Source: Bacteroidales bacterium
GTDB taxonomy: Bacteria > Bacteroidota > Bacteroidia > Bacteroidales > UBA1556
DNA length: 64,000 bases
Direction of reading: 5' to 3'
NCBI GenBank assembly: GCA_023146135.1
Contig: JAGLCR010000010.1
Coordinates: forward strand, 4,139-68,138
The translations under genes were made by a program, and so were the position numbers. Below the pieces are notes generated by a model that was not told the origin of the DNA, did not search any database, and worked only from the letters and a program-made list of their open reading frames with translations. Below are positions 29,149 through 38,025 of this stretch, piece after piece. Every line of letters begins with the position of its first letter. Positions within the stretch are counted from its first letter, which is position 1.

Positions 29149-31449
29149 ATGAAGCAATATTTCAAGACTTTAGTATTCATTATTTTTCTTCTAGTTTCAA
29201 TCTCAGAAGTAAAAAGTCAAAGCGATTTAAAACAATCGATCCAGCAAGATATTTCTCGTATTGATAGTCTTATACAAAAAGGTGATTTAGTAAATGCAAA
29301 CTTGCAACTAAAGAAGAGTATAGCAATGTCTCAAAAACATAGATTGCGTCCATTTTTACCTGATCTTTATTGGTTTAAGGGGGGGTTGAAATGTAAAGAA
29401 AAATTGTATAGAGATGCTTTTTCGGCCTATTATAGAGCGTATGCCATAAGTGTGTTGATGGAGGATTCCTTGGATGTTTTCATGTCATTATATCACCTAA
29501 GTAAATTTTATGTCTGCTCAGGCGACACCTTTGATATGAAGCCTTTTTATATTAAGAGCCTTGAGTACCTTAAAGAGGGGCTGCCATTTGTACCAGCAGT
29601 TAATGACTCTTTAAGTCTTGCTAAATATTATTATAAACTGGCTACAGCCTATTCTAGTACGGATGATTGGAACTCTGCAGTGACGTATTATTTAATGTCA
29701 AAAACTATAGCTCAAAATAAAAATAATCAATCATTGACAATTAGTATATTGGATGGTGTTTCTAGATCAAATATTGAGCTAGGGGAATATCCAATAGCAA
29801 TCAATTATTTGAATGAGCTTATACAAATATACCAGTCTCAAGGCGAATCGGATAAGATATTTGATGCTATTATAGAATTGTCTGATAGTTACTATAGTAT
29901 GAGAAAATATAGTGATGCAGTTATTCATTTGAAGTCAATAGTTGACGCAAAGAATGCCCCTCAGGATGCACAACTCCAAGCAATGATTAGACTTGCGAAA
30001 GTAAATATGCAAATAGGAGAGGATGGTCGGGCTGATGCTTTAGAGTATCTTAATGAATCGATTGCTTTGTCCAGGGTGTTAAATGATATAGAATCAGAGG
30101 TATATGCCTTGAATTTATTAGCTGTTTATTATAATATATTAGGTGATTTAATAAATACTGAAAAAGCTAATAAAAAGGCTGTTGAATTACTACTGATAGA
30201 TAAGCATTATAATTCTAAAATGTTGGTGTACAGTATGTCAATTGCTATTTATAAAAAGAAAAAGGATTATAGTAAAGTATCAGAATATCAAGAATTGTAT
30301 ATAGATGCCAATAAGCAGAAAAGTGAAGATGCATATCAGAAATTAAATGTAGAGAAAAAGGAGACTAAGCATCTTGCTAATACGGAAAGCAAACTCATGG
30401 TTGCTATTTTCTTAGAGGCAATTAAGAATCTTAATGATTCAGTTGTAAAGCGTGAAGCAGAAAATCGAGAAACAAAACGAGATCGCAATTACTTATTTGC
30501 GTTTGTAATTATAGGTTTAGTAATTTTAATTATTGTAGTCGTTTTTTATTTTTCCTTGCGAAAGAAAAGTAAAGCTTTGGTAGATAAAAACAATATTATT
30601 ATTAAAGCACACAAAAAAACAGAAGATGTTTTACTAAAGTTGAAGAAAACACAAGCTCAGTTAATAGAGTCGGAGCGGCTGGCTTCACTGGGTGAACTTA
30701 CTGCTGGCATTGCCCACGAGATACGCAATCCACTAAATTTTGTAAATAACTTTTCGAGTCTTAATGTGGAATTATCTGAGGAATTGCAAACTGAAATTGA
30801 TGAGCATATTAAGGATGAAGAATTATTGGAAGATTTGTCTGAAATAACAGATATGATTTCGAATAATAGTAAAAAAATTAATGATCATGGTGAACGTGCT
30901 TCACGTATTATCAAGCAAATGTTGGACTCATCGCGAAAGGGGAGCGATCATTTTGAAGAAACTGAGATTAGCCTTCTAGTTGAAGAAACAGCTAAGCTTG
31001 CTTATCAAGGAGTGAGGGGTAAATATATTAATTTCTCTGCTGATATGGTCTTTGATTTTGATAAACTAGTTGGTAGAAGGAGCGTTGCAGTAGATGGGCT
31101 AGGGAGGGTAATTATTAACCTAGTAACTAACTCATGCCATGCCCTATTGGAAAAGGCTAAAACAGATAAAGAATTTAAACCAAAGTTATTGGTTCAAACT
31201 AAAGATGCTGCTGATTATTTCGATATTATTATTGAGGATAATGGTATTGGTATGAGTGATGATTTGAAAGCAAAAATATTTGATCCCTTTTTTACAACCA
31301 AACCCACAGGTGAAGGTACAGGCTTAGGATTAACAATGAGTTTTGATATTTTAACTAATGTGCATAAAGGTTCAATAATAGTGGAGTCTAAGCTAGGTGA
31401 ATTTACACGTTTTACATTACGAATCCCTAAAAAAAAGAAGAGCATATAA
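29149..31449 (+). CDS. TPR-repeat sensor histidine kinase (signal peptide, ~450-aa extracytoplasmic TPR region, one TM)
   Basis: Signal peptide MKQYFKTLVFIIFLLVSISEVKSQ, TPR-like helical repeats, TM YLFAFVIIGLVILIIVVVFYF, H-box TAGIAHEIRNPLNF, and HATPase motifs (DNGIGM, GTGLGL). The ATG at 29149 is preferred over the TTG at 29143. Confidence 0.85.
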   Translation: MKQYFKTLVFIIFLLVSISEVKSQSDLKQSIQQDISRIDSLIQKGDLVNANLQLKKSIAMSQKHRLRPFLPDLYWFKGGLKCKEKLYRDAFSAYYRAYAISVLMEDSLDVFMSLYHLSKFYVCSGDTFDMKPFYIKSLEYLKEGLPFVPAVNDSLSLAKYYYKLATAYSSTDDWNSAVTYYLMSKTIAQNKNNQSLTISILDGVSRSNIELGEYPIAINYLNELIQIYQSQGESDKIFDAIIELSDSYYSMRKYSDAVIHLKSIVDAKNAPQDAQLQAMIRLAKVNMQIGEDGRADALEYLNESIALSRVLNDIESEVYALNLLAVYYNILGDLINTEKANKKAVELLLIDKHYNSKMLVYSMSIAIYKKKKDYSKVSEYQELYIDANKQKSEDAYQKLNVEKKETKHLANTESKLMVAIFLEAIKNLNDSVVKREAENRETKRDRNYLFAFVIIGLVILIIVVVFYFSLRKKSKALVDKNNIIIKAHKKTEDVLLKLKKTQAQLIESERLASLGELTAGIAHEIRNPLNFVNNFSSLNVELSEELQTEIDEHIKDEELLEDLSEITDMISNNSKKINDHGERASRIIKQMLDSSRKGSDHFEETEISLLVEETAKLAYQGVRGKYINFSADMVFDFDKLVGRRSVAVDGLGRVIINLVTNSCHALLEKAKTDKEFKPKLLVQTKDAADYFDIIIEDNGIGMSDDLKAKIFDPFFTTKPTGEGTGLGLTMSFDILTNVHKGSIIVESKLGEFTRFTLRIPKKKKSI

Positions 31450-31477
31450 ATGCTAACTAAAAAAAATCAGAACGAAA

Positions 31478-32641
31478 ATGAGCGAAGTATTTAAGATATT
31501 ATGTGTAGATGATGAGCCTGATATGGAGATGCTTATTCGTCAAAAGTACCGCAAAGAAATACGAAAGGGAATTTATGATTTCTATTTTGCTTTAGATGGA
31601 GAAAAAGCCCTTGACTTGCTAAACGAGTATAAAGATATCTATTTGGTGCTCTCTGATATTAATATGCCAGTGATGGATGGATTGAGTTTGTTAAATGAAA
31701 TTCAGAAGTTGGAAAAGCCTGAAATGAAAGTAGTAATGGTATCGGCATATGGAGATATGCAAAATATTCGTACTGCCATGAATCGTGGTGCTTTTGATTT
31801 TATCAATAAACCTATTGATTTTGAAGACTTTACCAAAACCATAGAAAAAGCTCATCTTGAGATTAATCGTATTCAAAAGCAAGTTCAAACGGCACATGTT
31901 TTAGAGGTGGTTGAAGATGATTTGTCGGCAGCAGCCAAAATTCAAGATGGCCTATTGCCAAAACTTAGTGGTTTGTTTAAGGCAAATGAGCGATTAAATG
32001 TGGCTAGTTTTATTAAGCCAGCACGTTGGGGTGGTGGCGATTTTTATGATGTATTTGCCATTGACGATAAGCGAATAGGTTTTATTATTGCTGATGTATC
32101 GGGCAAAGGAATTCCTGCCGCTGTATTTATGTACTTAAGCCGCACAACGCTACGTATATATAGTAGTTTATACGAAAATCCCTCAGATGTTCTTTCCGCT
32201 GCCAACGAATACCTTAATGTTGATAATGATAGCTCTATGTTTGTAACCGTTTTTTATGCGGTATTAAATACAGAAACAAATGAGTTTATGTATAGTAATG
32301 CAGGTCACAACCCACCTTACTTAATAAGCAATGGTGAAATATCGGCAATGCCGATTACTAAAAATATGGCGCTTGGTGTAATGCCATCATTACCTTATGC
32401 AGATTTAACTATAAGCCTTAAGTCAGGCGATAAGTTTTTTATGTTTACCGACGGGGTGAGCGAATGCATGAATGAGGCGAATGAAGAGTATGGTGAAGAG
32501 CGAATTGAGCAGTTTTTGAGCGATCATATTAATGAAGATGTAGTTACGCTAGTGGATAAAATGAATAATGTATTGAGTAGGTATCAAGGCAATGCCGAGC
32601 AGCATGATGATATTACGATGCTTAGTTTTCAGTTTGATTAG
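31478..32641 (+). CDS. Response regulator with PP2C/SpoIIE-type Ser/Thr phosphatase output
   Basis: Receiver (LCVDDE, VLSDINMPVMDG, FINKP) followed by PP2C motifs (GGDFYDV, IADVSGKG, FTDGVSE, DDITMLSF). Confidence 0.88.
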   Translation: MSEVFKILCVDDEPDMEMLIRQKYRKEIRKGIYDFYFALDGEKALDLLNEYKDIYLVLSDINMPVMDGLSLLNEIQKLEKPEMKVVMVSAYGDMQNIRTAMNRGAFDFINKPIDFEDFTKTIEKAHLEINRIQKQVQTAHVLEVVEDDLSAAAKIQDGLLPKLSGLFKANERLNVASFIKPARWGGGDFYDVFAIDDKRIGFIIADVSGKGIPAAVFMYLSRTTLRIYSSLYENPSDVLSAANEYLNVDNDSSMFVTVFYAVLNTETNEFMYSNAGHNPPYLISNGEISAMPITKNMALGVMPSLPYADLTISLKSGDKFFMFTDGVSECMNEANEEYGEERIEQFLSDHINEDVVTLVDKMNNVLSRYQGNAEQHDDITMLSFQFD

Positions 32642-32643
32642 TT

Positions 32644-32668
32644 AAAAAATCAGGAAGTGTGATTTTTT
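32644..32668 (+). terminator. Weak A/T hairpin after the phosphatase gene
   Basis: AAAAAATCA / TGATTTTTT is a perfect 9-bp stem with a 7-nt loop starting 3 nt after the stop. It is AU-rich and therefore weak. Confidence 0.35.
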
Positions 32669-32868
32669 AAGGTATTAATCAATCAATAAGCAGCTTTTTT
32701 TTGGTTTGCATTTAAAAAATGATAAAACTAGAAAATGGCACCTTGTGAATAGTGTATAAATGTCTAAAATTCAAATGTATAATAAGTATAAAGAAAACCA
32801 GAATACGGACTTTATAAATATCTATATATTTTAGTTGATAAAACTAATAAATGATAGAAATAAAATCG

Positions 32869-32876
32869 TAAATTTG
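32869..32876 (+). promoter_or_regulatory. Candidate -7 box (TAAATTTG)
   Basis: Exact TAnnTTTG 66 nt upstream of the sucD ATG. Confidence 0.35.
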
Positions 32877-32941
32877 TCACTTCGAAAAATAAACACGTCT
32901 TTTTTAATAAAAGATTAGAACCCCAAATAAAACACATTATT

Positions 32942-33811
32942 ATGAGTGTATTAGTAAATAAAGATTCAAAAGTTATTGTTCAGGGCTTTACCGGAGGTGA
33001 AGGAACATTCCATGCTGGACAAATGATTGATTATGGTACCAATGTAGTTGGTGGAGTAACTCCAGGAAAAGGTGGTCAAGAGCATCTTGGAAAACCTGTT
33101 TTTAATACTGTTAAAGATGCCGTTGATAAAGCACAGGCTGATACTTCAGTTATTTTTGTGCCACCACCATTTGCAGCAGATGCAATAATGGAAGCTGCCG
33201 AGGCAGGTATTAAAGTGATTATTTGTATTACCGAAGGACTTCCTACTAAGGATATGGTTGCGGTTAAAGAATTTTTATCAGATAAAGATTGTCGTTTAGT
33301 TGGACCTAACTGTCCAGGAGTTATTACTCCAGGTGAGGCTAAAGTAGGTATCATGCCAGGATTTATCCATCAAAAAGGTAGAGTAGGTATTGTTTCTCGT
33401 TCAGGAACTTTAACATATGAAGCTGTAGATCAATTGACTAAAATTGGCTTAGGTCAAACAACAGCTATCGGTATTGGTGGTGACCCAATTATTGGAACTA
33501 CCACTCGTGATGCAGTGGAGCTTTTGATGAATGATCCAGAAACTGAAGGAATTGTAATGATTGGTGAGATTGGTGGAAACATGGAGGCTGATGCTGCTTA
33601 TTGGATTAAAGAAAATGGAACAAAGCCTGTAGTGAGTTTTATCGCTGGTGCTACTGCTCCTAAAGGTCGCACAATGGGTCATGCCGGTGCTATCGTTGGT
33701 GGAACTGCTGATACTGCTGAAGCTAAGAAAGAGATTCTTACTGAGTGCGGAGTTCATGTAGTTGATTCTCCAGCTGATTTAGGAACTAAAATGGCTGAGC
33801 TTCTGAAATAA
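32942..33811 (+). CDS. sucD: Succinate--CoA ligase subunit alpha
   Basis: SRSGTLTYE and phosphohistidine loop MGHAGAIV; 289 aa. Confidence 0.93.
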   Translation: MSVLVNKDSKVIVQGFTGGEGTFHAGQMIDYGTNVVGGVTPGKGGQEHLGKPVFNTVKDAVDKAQADTSVIFVPPPFAADAIMEAAEAGIKVIICITEGLPTKDMVAVKEFLSDKDCRLVGPNCPGVITPGEAKVGIMPGFIHQKGRVGIVSRSGTLTYEAVDQLTKIGLGQTTAIGIGGDPIIGTTTRDAVELLMNDPETEGIVMIGEIGGNMEADAAYWIKENGTKPVVSFIAGATAPKGRTMGHAGAIVGGTADTAEAKKEILTECGVHVVDSPADLGTKMAELLK

Positions 33812-33833
33812 GAGTTTAAGAAATATATACTGA

Positions 33834-33868
33834 AAGGTGAATCTATTATGGGTTCACCTTTTTTTTTT
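33834..33868 (+). terminator. Rho-independent terminator of sucD
   Basis: AAGGTGAA / TTCACCTT is an 8-bp stem with an 11-nt loop, running into a T10 tract. Confidence 0.75.
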
Positions 33869-33870
33869 AA

Positions 33871-34278
33871 TTATTTTGTATTAATTTCTAGATGCTTTTG
33901 CTCAACTGTTTCACATATTTCATTGAATAAAGTATCGGGATAGTACCGCCGAGTATGGCTGACTGTGCTTGGTGCCGGTAGCTTATCATCTAAATTGTAA
34001 TCCAAGAAAAAAAGTAGATCAAGTCGTATGCGACAAAGAGCGATAAGCTTACGGTCGCTACTGATATTTTCATGTGTGCGGATAAAACAAAGTTTGAAGA
34101 AAACTACAGGGTCAAGAGACTCTTTCCCCTTTTTGCCATATAAAGACTCGGTAAGTTTATAAATAAAACTGAAATCAATACTTCTTTTCAGTTTACGGTA
34201 GTAATTGTTTGACGGAATTCGTCTCGATAATTGAATAGCAGTAAATAGCTTTTCTTCATATTTCTTTTTTCCTTGCAT
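33871..34278 (-). pseudogene. Truncated IS5/IS1182-type transposase (N-terminal DUF772-like fragment only)
   Basis: 135 aa; GKESLDPVVFFKLCFIRTHENISSDRKL ... LPAPSTVSHTRR matches the InsH-type N-terminal domain. No DDE domain follows and the ORF stops 3 nt from the sucD terminator. Confidence 0.7.
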
Positions 34279-34356
34279 AATATGAACATTTATTGGTTTC
34301 GGTTTCAGCTTACGAATATATGAAAAATACAGCTAATAGTCAAGTCTATTAATAGC

Positions 34357-36111
34357 TTAAAATAGTGCCATATAGCCAAAGTGTATTTTTGCTTGACTAA
34401 ATTCTATGGGATTACCTAATTGTTGGCCCAATGCATAAGAAATCGCAAATATTCCAGCCTTTGTTTCGAAGCTTAAACCTGCACCAAAACCCATGGGTTG
34501 GTCGTAGGTAGTTTGGGCGCCTGCGCTGTTTTCAACATAAGCTTTATTCCAAAATACACTAATAAATGAGTTGCGCTCCAATAGTAATCGCCATTCTAAA
34601 GTAAGAATAGAGTAGGTAGAGGCATAAATACTTTCTTCATTAAACCCCCTGAAGTCAGAAAAACCACCAATGCGAAATAACTCGTTGGTGAAGAGATTAT
34701 CTCCTTGGAGCATTTCTGACATACTCCATATTCGTAGTGTTTGCCTGCGAAATATTGGAATAAAATATTCCAAATGGGCTTTTAGTTTTACTTGTTGACT
34801 TGCCATGGGTATCGAATCGTAAAACTCATCCTTGATGTCATGCTGCCGGATAATATTTTTTGAACCATATCCGGCCGAAATGTTTATCCTCCAGCCTTTA
34901 CGGGGGTTAAACAAATAATCGAATCGAGATATATTCGCTTCCAAATTTCCCATGTTCGATCTAATATCTAGCATATCATTATTTGTGGGGATGCCATTTA
35001 CAAGCTCGTTACTCAACATAGTAGATGAAAATAAGTCGGCTGATATTTTGATGTAATCTGTACCATTAATAATAAAACGAACTCCAGGTTTATTGCTGAG
35101 GTTTATGAAATTAGTATCTTGTTTAAAAAGCTTGAATGTATAATCAACTCCAATGGGGCTATTGAAAAGATAGGGGTAGGCAAAACCAATATCAAGATTT
35201 TGTGAGCCACTTCCAGGGCTCTTCCAATTTAGACTTATCATTTCGCCACGCTTAAATGAGTTGAAAAGCTTCAATTTAAGATTGCCCGTTAGCATCATCT
35301 TATTGTCAATACTGCTTTTTGGTTGTAAACCTACGATACCATCAAATATATTGGTCTTTCGTTTCGCAAGATTTAGATTTATACTGGCTTTTTGCTTCTC
35401 AAATGCAACATAGAATGCTTTTTTCTCATAAGCAAAAGGCATACTTGCCAATTTATTTTTTATTCTTCCAATTTTTTCTTCATTATATAAGTCTCCTGGT
35501 TTGATATCTAAAAGCTGATATATGTAGTTGTGGTGAATATCGTTAAATCCATTAAGCATGATTGTGTCAATATATATTTGTGGACCTTTTTCAAGCTTGA
35601 AAACTGCAGAAATTGCTTGTTTGTTTACTTTTATGCTATCCAAAGTAATAGAGGCAAATGGATAGCCATGGTTCTCATAATACCTTATAACGGTTTCCTC
35701 AATTTGCAGTAGGTGAGCATAATTAAAATCGCTATCTTGAAAATGATTTTCTTGAAACCCTATATCGCTAATTGCTAAGGTGCTTAGATTGCCCTTGCCC
35801 AATCGTTCCCATTGGTATTTACTATTTAGTGAAATGTAGAAAATCTCATTTTTCTCACTAATAGTAGATGAGTCAATGCTTGCTAATACATAGGATTGTG
35901 CTTGAAGTTTCATGATGACCTCTTGAACTGCTTTTGTTCTGTAGGAGTCAGAAATATAGTTTGTTCGATATTTAATATTGTCGATAATTGACTGCTCGCT
36001 ATTTAATGAAGCTTTTATCTCCAGTTTATACTCTTTTTGGGCGTAGCTTTTGTTCCCAATCAAAATTTGAGATGCTAAGTAAATAAAGAATAGTGATAGG
36101 AATAGTTTCAT
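34357..36111 (-). CDS. Omp85-family outer-membrane protein with POTRA-like region
   Basis: Signal peptide, POTRA-like segment (VIRYYENHGYPFASITLDS ... KLEKGPQIYID), beta-barrel-like alternating C-terminal half, and an aromatic terminus (GYMALF). Confidence 0.65.
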   Translation of the reverse strand: MKLFLSLFFIYLASQILIGNKSYAQKEYKLEIKASLNSEQSIIDNIKYRTNYISDSYRTKAVQEVIMKLQAQSYVLASIDSSTISEKNEIFYISLNSKYQWERLGKGNLSTLAISDIGFQENHFQDSDFNYAHLLQIEETVIRYYENHGYPFASITLDSIKVNKQAISAVFKLEKGPQIYIDTIMLNGFNDIHHNYIYQLLDIKPGDLYNEEKIGRIKNKLASMPFAYEKKAFYVAFEKQKASINLNLAKRKTNIFDGIVGLQPKSSIDNKMMLTGNLKLKLFNSFKRGEMISLNWKSPGSGSQNLDIGFAYPYLFNSPIGVDYTFKLFKQDTNFINLSNKPGVRFIINGTDYIKISADLFSSTMLSNELVNGIPTNNDMLDIRSNMGNLEANISRFDYLFNPRKGWRINISAGYGSKNIIRQHDIKDEFYDSIPMASQQVKLKAHLEYFIPIFRRQTLRIWSMSEMLQGDNLFTNELFRIGGFSDFRGFNEESIYASTYSILTLEWRLLLERNSFISVFWNKAYVENSAGAQTTYDQPMGFGAGLSFETKAGIFAISYALGQQLGNPIEFSQAKIHFGYMALF

Positions 36112-36126
36112 TAATAATAAGTTTTT

Positions 36127-36804
36127 TTACGGATTCCAATCAATAGGTTTTTCACCCATCTTAATAAGGTAGTTATTGGTTTGCGAAAAATGTTTGCAGC
36201 CCAAGAAACCTCTATGTGCCGAAAGGGGAGAAGGGTGAACAGATTTAAGGATAAGGTGTTTTTCTTGGTCGATTAGTTCAGCCTTTTTTTGAGCAAAAGC
36301 TCCCCAAAGAAGAAAAACAACATGTTCCAATTCCTCTGATACTTTTTTTATAGTTTGATTAGTAAATATTTCCCAACCTTTTTTTTGGTGCGAACCTGCT
36401 TGGTGCGCTCGCACACTTAATGTGGCATTTAATAAAAGAACTCCTTGCTTTGCCCAGCTAGTTAAATCCCCCTTAGTTGGTGCAGCGATCCCAACATCAC
36501 TTTGCAATTCTTTATAGATGTTTCGTAGTGAAGGTGGAATCTTAACTCCTTCAGGAACTGAGAAACATAATCCGTGTGCTTGATTTGGGCCATGGTATGG
36601 GTCTTGGCCGATAATAACTACCTTCACATTATTAAAAGGGGTATTATTATATGCAGAAAACATTAAGTCTCCAGGAGGATACACAATGTGCTCCATCTTT
36701 TCTCTCACAAGAAATTCCTTAAGCTGAACAAAATAATCTTGTTCAAACTCAGGCGTCAAAACTTCCTTCCAGCTATCTTCGATTTGTATATTTTTAGTGC
36801 TCAT
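36127..36804 (-). CDS. ung: Uracil-DNA glycosylase
   Basis: [14 protein letters not shown] and HPSPLSA motifs; 225 aa. Confidence 0.93.
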   Translation of the reverse strand: MSTKNIQIEDSWKEVLTPEFEQDYFVQLKEFLVREKMEHIVYPPGDLMFSAYNNTPFNNVKVVIIGQDPYHGPNQAHGLCFSVPEGVKIPPSLRNIYKELQSDVGIAAPTKGDLTSWAKQGVLLLNATLSVRAHQAGSHQKKGWEIFTNQTIKKVSEELEHVVFLLWGAFAQKKAELIDQEKHLILKSVHPSPLSAHRGFLGCKHFSQTNNYLIKMGEKPIDWNP

Positions 36805-36903
36805 AGTATGTTCTAATTGAATTACTAAAATAGCAAAAAAGAAGCCTTGTTAACAATTGAACTTAGAGAATTTAATAAATCTTTATCAAAGATTAAAAAT
36901 TCG

Positions 36904-36911
36904 TAAATTTG
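36904..36911 (+). promoter_or_regulatory. Candidate -7 box (TAAATTTG)
   Basis: Exact TAnnTTTG 42 nt upstream of the ATG at 36953. Confidence 0.3.
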
Positions 36912-36952
36912 CACGGAAATATTTCGAAAAATAAATAATTGAATTATATAAT

Positions 36953-37087
36953 ATGAAGAAGCTAGTTATAGCATTGCTAATAATTTTTACTGCTGGAATT
37001 GTACTATCATCTTGTTCGTCGAGAGGGCCAAGATGTCCTGGTATGTATAGCAAAACAACACATCAAGAAGTTCAAAAACCAATGTAA
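36953..37087 (+). CDS. Small putative lipoprotein (44 aa), absent from the ORF track
   Basis: Hand translation gives MKKLVIALLIIFTAGIVLSSCSSRGPRCPGMYSKTTHQEVQKPM. It has a lipobox-like LSSC, a -7 box upstream, and lies below the track's 60-aa cutoff. Confidence 0.35.
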   Translation: MKKLVIALLIIFTAGIVLSSCSSRGPRCPGMYSKTTHQEVQKPM

Positions 37088-37094
37088 GACTGAT

Positions 37095-37841
37095 TTGAAA
37101 ATCATCCAACATATTATTTTTGTTACGCTTTTATTTGCCTTTACGATTTCAAATGCTCAAGAGCTTGAAAAGTCGGAAGTAGGGTTTATATATAAGCGTG
37201 AAAAAAGTATGGGTATTGCTCTTAATACCGATGGCTGGGGATTTGATTATAGGATTGGCTTTTTTAAGACAGGTTATAAAAAACGTACCTTGGATTTCAG
37301 TTTTTCTTTTATCCGAGATCCAAAGGAAGTACGATATTACAATACTCAAGATCAGTCATCAAAGAGTTTTGTTTATGGTAAGGAGCAAAACTTTTATTCA
37401 TTACGTGTTCTATATGGAATGCAAAAAGATTTATCCAATAAACCCTATTGGGGCGGTGTAGATATCCGCTGGTTAAATCTTTTCGGTTTTAATTTAGGGA
37501 TTGGCAAACCTATTTATTTGTATGTAGTTGATCAAGGAAATGATGGAGTTTTAGCCTTGGAACGTTATGATGCTAGTAAGCATGATTTATCAATTATATA
37601 TGGTCGAGGCCCTTTTACCAAAGGCTTTAATGAACTGGAGGTTTTTCCAGGTATAAGTTTTAAAACTGCGCTTAATGTAGAATATGGGGCTATCCCAGAA
37701 AAAACAAGGTCCATTGAGGCTGGAGTTATTTTTAACGGTTATCTCCGTCCTTATCGAATTATGGCTTATACAGAACATCGATACTTCGATATGAGCGTAT
37801 ATGTTTCTTTTAATTTTGGAAGTCGATTTAATAGAAAGTAG
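37095..37841 (+). CDS. Hypothetical secreted/outer-membrane protein
   Basis: The track ORF begins at 36999, but that N-terminus overlaps the small lipoprotein ORF. A TTG at 37095 yields a proper signal peptide (M)KIIQHIIFVTLLFAFTISNAQE. The start is uncertain. Confidence 0.55.
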   Translation: MKIIQHIIFVTLLFAFTISNAQELEKSEVGFIYKREKSMGIALNTDGWGFDYRIGFFKTGYKKRTLDFSFSFIRDPKEVRYYNTQDQSSKSFVYGKEQNFYSLRVLYGMQKDLSNKPYWGGVDIRWLNLFGFNLGIGKPIYLYVVDQGNDGVLALERYDASKHDLSIIYGRGPFTKGFNELEVFPGISFKTALNVEYGAIPEKTRSIEAGVIFNGYLRPYRIMAYTEHRYFDMSVYVSFNFGSRFNRK

Positions 37842-38025
37842 ATAATATTTTACTCAATTAAAAGACTGATAAATGCTTTAGTATAAGTCGTTAATAATAG
37901 TTCGTTAATTGTGGATTAAAGCTTGCTTAGTTTATCCAATAAATATTTGGAGATATATAAAAAAAGTGTACCTTGTGCAGGTATAATAAGAATAAATAAA
38001 TTAACATAACATACTGAATATTAAT

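Noticed and set aside
32942-33811. sucD without an adjacent sucC, considered as a possible operon disruption linked to the nearby IS scar
   Set aside because: sucD has its own -7 box and terminator. As far as I recall, separated sucC and sucD genes are common in Bacteroidota. This cannot be verified here, but it is not evidence of an anomaly.
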